64,000 nucleotides of DNA, from the NCBI GenBank assembly GCA_021613535.1, contig CP075493.1, positions 6,882,001-6,946,000 of the forward strand. The letters are read 5' to 3'. Positions 25,433-37,819 of the stretch are shown piece after piece. Position 1 is the stretch's first letter. Each line of letters starts with the position of its first letter. A program made the position numbers and the translations under genes. Below the pieces are notes generated by a model that searched no databases, was not told where the DNA came from, and saw only the letters and a list, made by a program, of their open reading frames with translations. This DNA comes from Adineta vaga. Lineage: Eukaryota; Animalia; Rotifera.

Positions 25433-28251
25433 ATGAGAGCGTTGTTAATTTTCAGCGTGCTCTGTATTACCATTTTGACAATCAATGGTCAATGGAATAC
25501 TTTCCAAAACACACAACGTGCACAACCAGTTTCATTTGATCAATCACCGCGATGGATGCAAAATGAACAAAACACTCAATTTGTTCCTCGAAATAATAAT
25601 AATAATGGTTTTCGAACACAAGTAGATGCTCGAATTCCATTTCCAAATTGTCTTTCAACTGACACTGCAGCATCATGGTTGAATGCACAAGCGCTACAAA
25701 ATTTATTCCAAACTAAAGTTCAAGAAGAAGATAGAAAATTAACACAAGAACGTGTTCGTAATGATAATTTAAATAACAGTATGTAACGATAGATTTTTAA
25801 AATCGAACAAAACGAACTTACCATTTCTGTCTAGATGATGTTATGGATTTTGACGCTGTACAATTACGAGCAGATACACATAATGGTGCATTGATTGCCC
25901 GAGCTGCAACTAAAGTTGCTCAAGAACTTATGGCACAGTAAGAAATGCTGATGTCAGATTCATTTATTTTTCTTTCATCTTAGACTTGGATGTGAAACAA
26001 ATGCCACTATCACTCAACAACTGTAAGAAAATTTTATTCTATAATTCGACAATAATTAAGAAAAATATTCTTATTTAGTGATGATTTCTTGAAACGAATT
26101 CGTATGCCTGCAGATTCCTGTGCATTTAGTTCGAATCCAGATTGTAGCAATTTTGTACGATATCGAACAGTAACCGGTGTATGTAATAATCTTCAACGTC
26201 CATATGAAGGAAGTTCTCAAACAGCTTATGGACGTTTATTACCAGCAGCTTATGATGATGGTACGATTTTGATTAGTCTCACACTATATTTCTTGATATA
26301 ATTATTACTATTGATGGATTAATTCATTATTTTTCTTGTTCTATTTTTAGGTTTAAGTACACCACGTTCACAATCAGTTCTCGGTGGTCCATTACCATCA
26401 TGTCGTCAAATTAGTTTAGCTATGGGTTCAAAACCAGCCTTCGATACTTCATATACCAATTTCTTTGTTGCTTACGGTCAATTTCTTGTTCATGATATAA
26501 CTTTAGCTGTACCTGTTACCGATTCCGGTCGTACTCCAATTTCATCGTGCGGTTGTAACTCGCGCGATACAGATATGTGTACTGTTTTGGATGTTACTTC
26601 AAATGATCCATTTATGGCGGGACAACAATGTATGGCAACACCAGCAACAGCTCAAGCTTTTACGGATCAAATTTGCGCACTTGGTGTCAAAGAACAGATG
26701 AATGGTAATTCACATTATATCGACTTATCAGTTACATATGGTAGTACAAGACAAACAGCTCATGGTTTACGTAGTGGTACTAGAGGTTTATTAAAATCAG
26801 CCAAACGACCATGGTCCAAATTTGAACTTCCACCTGGCCAACGTGAAGGTAAATCGTGTATCGATGCAACAGCAACAGACCGATGCTTTGCTGGTGGTGA
26901 TTCACGTTTGATGGAAAACGTTCTCTTATCTGGTCTTCAGTCTCAATGGTTACGTTCCCATAATATTTTCTCAGCTGAACTTGAAAGCATTCATCCTGAA
27001 TGGAAAAATAATGATAATATTTTATACGAAGAATCAAAAAAGATCTTAGCTGGTCTTCATCAACGCTTTGCATATGACGATTGGTTGCCAATATTAATTG
27101 GTAGAGAAGCAACACAACGCTTTACCGGTGATAATGGTTTATTTAGCAAATATGATCCATCAGTATGTATAAGTTATGAATGTGTATATAAAAGAAAATA
27201 TTACTTTCCTAGACACCAGCTGTTGTATTTAATGAAGCTGCAACTGCTGCATTACGTTTACATACTTTAGTTCGTGATTTACTTACACGTTGTACACCAA
27301 AAGGTGAATTTATTGATCAAATTTGGTTACGTGATATCAGTGCCAAATGTAAATTAGCATATGAGTACTTGAAAAAAACAATAAATCTTTTCGGATATGA
27401 ATGCATCTTTCTGTTTGATTTTTCTAGTGCCAAAAATAATGGTGTTGACTCATTCATCTGTGGTGCCTTATTTGATTATGGTTTTGCTGGTGATACAAAT
27501 TATGCTCAAACTATTCATCATCGTTTATTTGAATCGACAAATTCACAAGGTGAATTGAGACGTAACGATCTTGTTTCAATTAATATCTGTCGTGCTCGAG
27601 AACATGGTATTCCGGGTTATAATGCTTTCCGAGAACTTTGTGGACTTAAACGTGCAACTCAATTCCAAGATTTTACTGATACAATGAGTTTTGAAAACGC
27701 AGAAAAATTGCAATTGATTTACAAGTAAGTTATTCCTTCTATTAATCTATATACAATAAGTATTCGAATTGATTTTTAGACATCCTGAAGATGTTGATCT
27801 TTTTATTGGTATCAATCATGAAAATCATGTACGTGGTGGTTTAGTTGGTCCTGTTTCAGCATGTATCATTGGTACACAATTTCGACACCTTAAATATGGT
27901 GATCGTCATTTCTATAAACATGAAGGTGTATTTACACCAGGTATGTTATATAACATTTGTATATGTACGTCATTATTAGATGTGTATCTTTTTATTTAGA
28001 ACAACTCAATTCTATAAATAAATATTCACATCAATGTTTCGTTTGTCATACCACTGATATTGAAAAAGTTCAAGCTAATCCATTCAAACCAGCAAATGAT
28101 CAAACGTAAGTCATTTCTTAATGCTTTAGATCAATAAATATAGAGAACATTGATTTGTTTGTCTTATTGTAGAAATCCATTAGGATTATGTAGTGAATGT
28201 CCTATTTTTGACTTCAATCCATGGCGTGGTAATGTACGTACTATGGGTTAA
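25433..28251 (+). CDS. Secreted animal heme peroxidase, copy 2 (tandem paralog)
   Basis: Signal peptide MRALLIFSVLCITILTING; YRTVTGVCNNL, YGQFLVHDI, EQMNGNSHYID, GDSRLMEN, AALRLH, DLVSINICRAREHG, QFRHLKYGDRHFY. Confidence 0.92.
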
Positions 28252-29011
28252 ACATCAAGAAACTTTTTTTTCTTACGTTAGTTTTTGTGAAAAGTGTGTT
28301 TTTATGTATGAAAACAGTTGATTTTGTTTTTAAACATTCGATTGACTTTGCTTTTTTTTCCATTCTTTTACAAAACAAAATAAAAACGAGAAAAACTTCA
28401 GATAAAAATATTTGATTACATCATTGCAAAAACTATACTACTTATTATTTAGAGAGATAGATCGATATCAAGAACTCTTTTTATGACATGATCAACTCAT
28501 TCGTATCGAAGTTTCTATCTATCAGCATATTTACTTCGTGAAAACTTCTCAAAAGTTATCTCTTACTAATTTCAATTATTTCTCTATCATGGTTCACATT
28601 CATATGCACACATTTAACTGCTATTTTCAATATTCAATTGCTTTATCGAAAGATATCAATACATACCTTTCATAAAAGTTTTTCTCTTTATATTCGACAA
28701 AACGAGAGCGTCCTCTGTTTCTTTGTTTTCCTAATGGTTTATGAACTCAACATATGAATAGAATGAAAACTGCATTACCGTGTTAGAATAGCTAATGTTT
28801 ATTCATTCCCATTGAATTGAATAACCATCCTATTCTTTTTGTATGTATATGTTTTTTTTTTCAAGTTTAAGAAGTATAATAATCAATTATTTTATTTTTT
28901 TATTGTAATTTTAGACGTGTTGACTAATTAACATCGTTCAACAATAAGGTCTTAGTGCCTGGATCCCAATCCAATCTTCCCCTAAATTCTTTTTTCGAGT
29001 CAATAGATAAA

Positions 29012-30371
29012 ATGACATCCTCCGATGATGAATATGGTCAAGTATTAAATAATAACACTACGAATAATGTTAGTAATCGACGTATGAATAGCAATAGTAA
29101 TAATCCTCATCCATCTGCGTCTAATGTTGAAATTCGTCTATTAATGACTTCTCGTGATGCTGGAGCTGTTATTGGTTCGTATTGTTCTTTTATTTTCTCT
29201 TTTCAAAATTTTTTACAAACGATCTTGTAGGTAAAGGTGGTTCGGCAATACAAAAACTTCGTGCTGATCATCCACGTATTATTTTACAAGTGCCTGATTG
29301 TGCCTCACCTGAACGTGTATTAATACTCAGTGGCGAAGAAGAACAATGTTTTGATGCATTATATCAAATCATTCCATGTTTAACTGATAGTATTCGTCTT
29401 TCAGCATTTAATCGTAGACGTAATACATCATCAGGAGGAAATACTGATCAAATACAAGCAAATCATAATGATGAGCAATCGGCATCAGAACTTCGTATAC
29501 TTGTTCATCAAATTTATTGTGGAGCAATTATTGGTAAAGGTGGACAACATATCAAAGAATTAAGACAAACTTATAATCTCGATATTAAAGTCTTCTCACA
29601 ATGTTGTCCATTAAGTCATGAAAGAGTCATTTCTTTACATGGCAAACCTGAAGATATTCTTGAATGTTTAAAAGTTAGTATAAATCTCATAATTGAAAAG
29701 AAATGTTCATTTACAATTATATATTAGAATATTTATAATCTCATGGCATCATCAGCACAACAACCTCGAGGTTCTCCTTTAATTCAATATGATCCACATA
29801 ATTTTGATATTTATTCTGTTAATGAATATGGTTCGTTTTATTGCCAAATTGATCAATGATGATTAATTATATAAGTTTACTTTGTTTAGGTGGTTTTTCA
29901 TCTGCAGCTGGTGTCGACAATCGATCTGGATATAATTCACGTGGCGCATATTCATCAACTACACCACGAGGTGGTATGTATCCTATTCAACCTTTACCTC
30001 CTCTTGTTGATGTACCTTATGGTGGTGGATCAGGTTTAGGTGCTCGATTTAATAATACTGCCGTACTCACTTCAACACGTGTATGTTATAATATAATTTT
30101 TCTTGTTTCGAATATGTTCATTCATGTTTCTTCATAGGTAACATTACCGAATGAACTAGTCGGAGCTATTATTGGACCACGTGGTGCAAAAATTCAGCAA
30201 ATACGTCAAACAACAAGTGCGAATATAATCATTGATGATCAAGCAATTCCTAGTGGCAATGGTGGAGGTGGCGATAGAATTATTACTATTGAAGGTACAC
30301 CAGAACAGATCAGTCGTGCACAAACGCTTCTTCAACAAGCTGTTCGACAATCTGGTCTTTGGCGACCATAA
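29012..30371 (+). CDS. HNRNPK: Heterogeneous nuclear ribonucleoprotein K (3 KH domains)
   Basis: IRLLMTSRDAGAVIGKGG..VPDCASPERVL; ELRILVHQIYCGAIIGKGG; YDPHNFD..YGGF; VTLPNELVGAIIGPRGAKIQQIR..DRIITIEGT. Confidence 0.9.
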
Positions 30372-31054
30372 TTCTTGTTATTTTCTTAATTTCTTCTCTC
30401 GCAATCTGATGACATTCTATTCATCTACATTCACACACATATTCAATTCTCTTTTTCTTTTAAAAAGACACATACTTTCATCGCTTCGTTTTATTTCTGG
30501 CTTATGTTCGTATTATATTCCTTCTTATTCATTTCTATACACATTAGAATGTTGATCGATCAACGATTTTTTATTTGTTATCTATGCTTCTATTCTCTCT
30601 TCGTCACTCATTTTTTTTATATAGAATTTCATTTCTGATTTACAATTGTTTCGAAACTGATGATAACATAAACGATATGATAGTTCTGCACTTTTAAGAA
30701 AAAAGAACTTTATTTTTGAATGTATTTCATGGCTAGAATATCGATAGCAATACTAGACAACACATGTTGGTTGTGATATTCTGTTTTCATATTTAATTAA
30801 TTTGCATTTCATACATCGAATATAAATATCAATAGCGATGACAATAATTGTCCTTGAAAACATGAGTCAAACAAATGTACGACATCATTCAGTCATGCAT
30901 GTTTGATCAAATTTTGTCAGAAAAGAAATATATTTACATGATAGTTGTCGTGTCCTATATGACAGTTCGTCATCTATCACCTTCGTAAGAAAAGAACCCA
31001 ATCATCTTATCATAATATTGGTCTTTTCAGTTATTGAGTGTACAATTCAATCTG

Positions 31055-31922
31055 ATGTATTATCGATTCGTTTATTTGTTACTTCTTTTTGGAATTTGTA
31101 TTATGACTACTTTGGAATGGGACCTTCTCTTTAATTTCGACGATAATGATAAACTTTTATGTTATTCATGTAAAGGTAATGATTGTAAAGAAGTAACAAA
31201 TAATGATCAAATGAAAATACTTTGTAATAAAAAAACGCAACTTTGTTGGGTAAATACATGTCTTTTTATTTATCAATAAATTCATTTTTTCTTTTTTCCG
31301 ACTATTTTCAAGGCTGGTTATATTGATCAACAACCTTATCGTACATGCGCTAGTCGATATTGTACACCAAGTGATATTTCATTAGATAGCAATATTCGTA
31401 TTGAAACATGTTGTCGTTCAGATTTATGCAATTTGATTTCACGTAAGCGATATTTGTTGTAACAAACTCATGAACTAACATATTTATTGAATTCTATCGA
31501 ATAGAAACTGTTTTTGAATATATACCTACAAGATTCTTCTTCCTATTTGAGAATATTTATTTAGTTAAGACACTGTCTGTCTTTGTGATCTTTTAGTTTC
31601 CGAATCGATATTCGCTACACCATACTCGACATCTTCTCCTATTGAAGATTCTAGTACTATTCAACTCAATACAACGACAAAAACACTACCAGATTATTTT
31701 ATTGGTGAAGAAGAAGAAATAGAAGAGGAATCTCTATCCGCTTTAACTAATAAAGATTCCAATAGCAACGAAGAAGAAAGTATACAACTGTATAAATTAC
31801 ATTTAAATACAACTGCTCCATGGAATCATTTATCCTATGACAAAGACTACAATAATGGTGTTGCATCAATCAGTAGTATTGTCCTTTTTCTAATTCCACT
31901 TTTATTCGTTTTACTATTCTGA
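31055..31922 (+). CDS. Ly6/uPAR (three-finger) protein with Ser/Thr/acidic stalk and GPI-type hydrophobic tail
   Basis: Signal peptide; LLCYSCKGNDC..LC..LCW|AG..RTCASRYC..CCRSDLCN; C-terminal SIVLFLIPLLFVLLF*. Confidence 0.8.
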
Positions 31923-31947
31923 ATGAAATCATTATTTTGAAAGTTAT

Positions 31948-32183
31948 CTATTCAATATTATCTTCATATTCTTCATCTTCATCTGGTGATAATAATATTG
32001 ACGATTTAAATAACTCATTTTCTTCTTCAACAGTTGGATCATCTCTTTCAATTATTTCGAATTTATATTCATTTTTTGGTAATATATCAATCATATTTGC
32101 TTGAGAAGTTTCATTGAAATTCTTTATACCCCAGCCAATATAAATATTTTCAAAATGATGACGATCACCAACAGTAAAAGCTC
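31948..32183 (-). pseudogene. Isolated terminal exon resembling the C-terminus of radial spoke head protein RSPH4A/RSPH6A
   Basis: After a ttttag acceptor: (G)AFTVGDRHHFENIYIGWGIK..EYKFEIIERDDPTVEEE..acidic tail, stop. Matches the RSPH4/6 motif GA..FEN.YIGWG.K..E.DDP.VEEE. No upstream coding exons were found, so the pseudogene status is tentative. Confidence 0.6.
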
Positions 32184-32544
32184 CTAAAAAAGATGAAATA
32201 GAGCGAGAAAAGACATTCTGACTGACCTGAAATGTTAGTTGTATGTTTTCAGAGATAAATATATAAGTAAATATGAAACTGATTTGTAGTCTCTGATAGA
32301 TTAGAATTGACTGTGTGAATTTATCGGATACAAATATTATGTCCTTGTTTTAAATATTATTATTACTGAAAAAGAAGCAAGAGGAAGTGAAAATGAATAA
32401 CGACATCTAATACATAGAGATAAAGACGTATAAAAATACCAAAAGAAAACAAAACAAGAGTTTGTCAAAAGACTAAAATTCAAAAGAAAAAAAGAATATA
32501 TCGCCCTGAGTGTGTTTTTCTTCTTTGCACCGTTTATAATTCGA

Positions 32545-35500
32545 TTAATTTGTTATATTCATATGTGTAATGATAATACAGGCAGCATCGCTACGACCAA
32601 TTTGATTGAGAACATTTATCATATTGACAAGTGATTCTTGTCGAGCATCCCATAATGTGAGCAAATGTTCAGTTGGACTTGTTTTAGTCGCAAAATATTG
32701 AGGGTAACTAAAGTAGAAGAAAAACGCCATTCGTATTCACAGAAAATAGTAGAGAACTATCTACCTGATTCCAAGTAAATTACTTGCAAACATACGCCAA
32801 TCGTTACCTAATGAAGTTGGTGGATCAAGTATTTGACATATTTTCTGTCGAATTACTGTTGGCAATCTGCAAAGAAAAATTTCTTTCTCATTAAAACTAA
32901 ACTTAAATCAATCATCATCGTCATACCTTGATGGTTTTTCTAATGTTTTCGATAGTTGACATTGTCGTAATGATGTTACATCCCATCCAGATGTATATTG
33001 TAACTAGAAAATATTGGAAATGATTTTCCGTTGAGAGTAACAATAAACTTACATTGAGTGTATTGATAAATAGACGTGCATGCAATGCACTAGCAAAAAT
33101 AGTTGGTTGATAAACATCAAGATGAACAGCAAATTGTTCCATAAAATTCTTGTTCAGATCATTTTGATTTCTTTGTTGTAAATTAGGAATAAGAAAAATA
33201 AAACAAGATCGTTCAATTCGATTTGTCCAAAATGATATGAATGGAATTTCTTTATAGCCAATATTTATTCTTGATATTGTTGATAATTCTAAATCAACAT
33301 TCATACATATCTGATCTTGATTATCATGTAAAATAAATGGTTTTGGTTGATCACATAGGAAATTTTTCATTGCAGTTTCTTCATTTAAACAACGTTCAAA
33401 TGCATCCGATGTTTTATCAAAAAAGCGAAGACGTAATGTTGATTGATTATAAAAACAAGCCATTTGAAGATATTTTGCTGCTTGCTGATTTAAAATTGAT
33501 TCACCAATCAATGTATACGCACCCATACTTTCAAACTATAAAATAAATATATATATATATATGTATATCTACAACTAAAATTATTTTCCTTACTAAAATA
33601 AAAGCTTGTTGTTCATGATTAAATTGTAAATAGACTGGTGTGGAAATATTTTCTTGTCCATAAGTTAAAATACATTTCCAATTTTTATAATCTTCACAAA
33701 ACATTAAATTATATTTCCAAGAAGATTCTGAAACAGCTGTATGTTCAAATGAGAGAACGGCAGGTTTAACTAATGTAATATCCGATGGACCAATTAATAT
33801 AACAGGTGATAAACGTGTTTGATTATTAGTTAATGTTGGCATTTGATTTTCAGTTGTTAATAAAGCAATATATATCAAATAATCTTCATCAAGTAGAACA
33901 GCATCTTCAGGTATAGTTAATTTAATACCAGTATTTGGAATTTTTACTTGACATCCTTGATTATTTAAAATTGATACAGCAAAATATCGTAAATCTGTAT
34001 GTGCTGGTAATGATTGAAGAATTCTTTCATAGATGAGATTTAAATGATTTTGATTGGAGATTTTTGATGGAGAATCATTTATGAAATGAAGTCTTTCACG
34101 TTCAATACCAAGATCAGAATTCGTTAGAGAAATTGTATTATTATGTGATGTACAAGATCTTGTCGACGTTGTATCTTGTTGTATAGAATAATAAAATGGA
34201 TAATCATTCTTCTCTATATGACATCCACCACATGTACTTGCTGTTGGAATACAATTTGATAAAGCTAATTTTAAAAGAAGAATAGATTATCTATCAGCAG
34301 ATCACTATCGGAATGACTCAGATTATTGATGACTACTAGGAAAACTTATGTTCATATTTTTGTCGTATAGCAATCGATGTAAAACATATATGCGTGACTT
34401 GCCATAAACACCTGTATTTGTTCATAGTATTGAATATTTTATGAAAAAAAAATTGTTCATTTATTAAACAAATTAATACACATGGTGCATATGATAAGCG
34501 TGTCTTTTTCTCTCTTTTTTCAATTCATTAATCAATCAAGTGTCCGGCTGTTGCTGTTCAGCCACACACACACACTACAATTATCTCAGTGGTATTCTTT
34601 TCTGTTCACATCGATTACTATATGTCAGTTTGATTTCGATTTCAGCTGTTGCCATACTGAAAAAGACGGGAAACAAACTAAAGTGTACAAATGTCACTCG
34701 GTTCAGTCTAGACTTCTATCAGAAATAAAACGAAATGATGATCTAAGTAAAGATGATATAATCATTCTTCTTCTTGTTCTTTCGTTTACCTTTTTTTGTT
34801 GTTAAACGTTGTCGACGACGGCAACATATTATGACAAATAAAATAGCAAGTAGAAGAAATATGAGCGCACCAATACCAACCGATGAATAAACGATAGCAT
34901 TGAGAGTTGATGATGAAACGAAAGTGCCTACAAAAATATGATGATTACTTAACAATAATAGCGGAAATAATCTCTTTACTTGTACAAAAATTTTCTTTGC
35001 ATGAACGATTTTCGATTAAATAATCATGACATGGTTCTTGTAAACATTGACGTGTACGAACAGATTTACATTCTGGTGCTCGACATGTTGACCAATCTGT
35101 CCAATCGGAATAAACACCTTGAAAATGTAATAAAAAACAAACATTCAATGAATTTTATTTTAATTATCAATCTTATTTCATACCATTTGATACTGTTCCA
35201 ATTGGAGTCGAAGAATTTGAGTTTATACAAGGTACTGAACAATCCCGTTCTTCCATTTGTTCATTATTGCATGGCGATTGTTTTGAACAAATTTGTACAC
35301 GCTTTTGTTTACCAATTTGACATGGAATACCCACACAATCAGACCATTCAGCAAAAGTAGTATCTTAAAGTTGAACAAATCAAAGTTTGTCCTATTCAAT
35401 TGATTTTTCTTACCTATTGATGAATCTTTCAAACAAGGGACAGAACATTCTCTTTCTTGCATTTGTTCTCCATCACAGCTCGGTCGATTCGTTATTGTTG

Positions 35501-37819
35501 GTGGATTTAAACATGTACGTATTCTTCGTTGTCGACCAGAGCTACATGGTATACCTTTACATTCTGAAAATGATTGCCATTCGGACCAACCACGATTATC
35601 TAAAAGATGAAAATGTGTATTGATTCGAAAAGAACAAAGAATATTTGTCTGATACCATGAACGATTAATTCAGCTGGTTCGCTTGAATAACTTCCGACGG
35701 TATTCGATGCCACACATGTATAATTTCCACTATCGATTTTTCTTACTTGCGCGATAAGTAAAGAATTTTCACTGGAAAGAATAAATCGACCATTACGATT
35801 AATTTCAACTGGTTGATTATCTTTTAACCATGTTACCTACAGAAGAAAAAAGAAAAAGAACAAATATTTTTCTCTTCCATTTGTTTATAATTTTGATGCA
35901 AAGAGTAAACAAAGAAAAGATTCAGAACTATTTGTATCAAGAAACGTCACGACAGCTTTTTCTACCACCCCTTGGAGACATCAAGTATCAGTTGAATAAT
36001 CGATCAAGTATGCCAAACGATGGACGGATATATGTGTATATCAGAATCATTTTTTTCCGTGTGTGTCCTATTAACCTCCATATGTCTTTTCGAAGAACGA
36101 TAATGATCTATTTATTTGTCGGTATAAGGCCAAAGAATAGTGATTTTTTTCTCTTGCTCTAGATTATATAATCGTTTCTTACTTTTGGAGATGGATTGCC
36201 ACTTGGTGGACGACATCGTAATTCAACTGATTTACCGATGACACTATCGGTTTTTAATGGTTCCCATTCAAAAATTTTATCCAAATCTAAAATAATCAAA
36301 TATTTATATAGAAATGTCAACTAGCGAACATATGTTCAATATGCGGTCGATTCATTTCGATTGATGATCTGACATCTAAGAGAATGACTAAAGTCAACTG
36401 TTAATAGGTTCTCTTACTCTATTATTCTCTTTGTCATAGATGTATGTTTAAGTCTTATTATTCTTTCGTTTGAATGTCAATCTCATTTGAGAAAAAAAAA
36501 TTTTTTTTTGAGTGATATGAATCTTTCTTTGTCATTTTCAATCGTCAAGGATAACATATTGATCATAAGATAGTTTAGTTCTTTTAATGAGTACAGACAT
36601 ATATAACCTTCGCTGAGAAATTAGAATACACTCGACGTTTTTTTCTTTCTGTTTGATCCGATTAATGGATAAGTTTTCTTTAACAACTGTTATTTGAATA
36701 AAAAAATGTCAATTCATTTACTACCTTGAATAGTTCTCATTTAGTGACATACTATCAATTGAATCTTTCAACTGCTACATCGGCATCTTCTCATTTAAAT
36801 GAAAATGTTTATATACATACAAGCAATTTCAATCGTTGCTGTTCGAGATTTCAATGTTCCACCTGTTGCCGACCATGCTTGACAAAAACATTTATATGCA
36901 TTCGATTCAACTTGTTCAACTGTTAATTGTATTTTTGTTATAACTACATTAATACCTTTATCCTAAATAATCGATAGATTCAAAAGGATTTTTTTTCTTC
37001 GTATTAGTAAAAATCTCATTACTTACATTGATTTCCGTAGATTTAATATGTTCATTTTCTGGTACCCATTTATTATCACAATTGAAAAATATCTGTCGTG
37101 TTCGAATAGCTTTACATTCGAGTTGAATTGGATGATTTTCAAAGATAAATATTGATTTCGGTTCAAGCAAAAATTGTGGTTGTTCTATCAATGGTTGCAT
37201 CTCATCTAAAACAACTCTTGAGACAGACACTGCCGTTTATATATGTGTATGTGTATATGTATGCTCATATTCATTCTCTTTCTCTTTTAAAGAGAGAGAG
37301 AGAGAGAGAGAGAAAGAGGAAGAAAAGGAACGAGAAGAAGGGAAAGAGAGCGAACAAAAAAGAAGTACAATCATGGGCTCGCTCTCTCTCTCTGGTGATA
37401 CGCTATGTAATATTTAATTTTCAAGTAGTTCTTCAAAAAAAATACATATACCTGTTCAATATATATGTATGTCGATCATATTACATCGATGAGGCACACG
37501 ACGTGAGATATTCGTGATCGATCATTGTCAAAAACAGACGATTATAAACTACATACGTGTCTGCTATTTGAGATGAACATAAGCAAAAGTGAATAATTAA
37601 CTTTAAGCTTGAGATATTAACCAGATATGTCATGCCAGTTGTGTTTACACGCTTGCGTGATTTACCGACAACTTGATGATCGATCTATATCTTTGATAAC
37701 TTCAAGAAATACAAATTTTTTTAAGATAACGATATCTTGATTAAAGAAAAAGTTCAAAAAAAGACATATAGAAACGAAACTTCTTACAATCCTATTATTG
37801 ACAAAAGAAGCCCTCTCAT
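32545..37819 (-). CDS. UNC5: Netrin receptor UNC-5 (Ig-Ig-TSP1-TSP1-TM-ZU5-UPA-death domain)
   Basis: FLLEP..LECKA..IFFNCDNKWV; LRCRPPSGNP; DSGNYTCVASN; WSEW/WTDWSTC TSP1 repeats; TM then CCRRRQR; LSPVILIGP (ZU5); GNDWRMFA..PTEHLLTLWDAR (death domain). The first exon MRGLLLSIIG at 37819 is tentative. Confidence 0.9.
37290..37313. repeat. (AG)n microsatellite in UNC5 intron 1
   Basis: Uninterrupted AG dinucleotide run. Confidence 0.85.
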
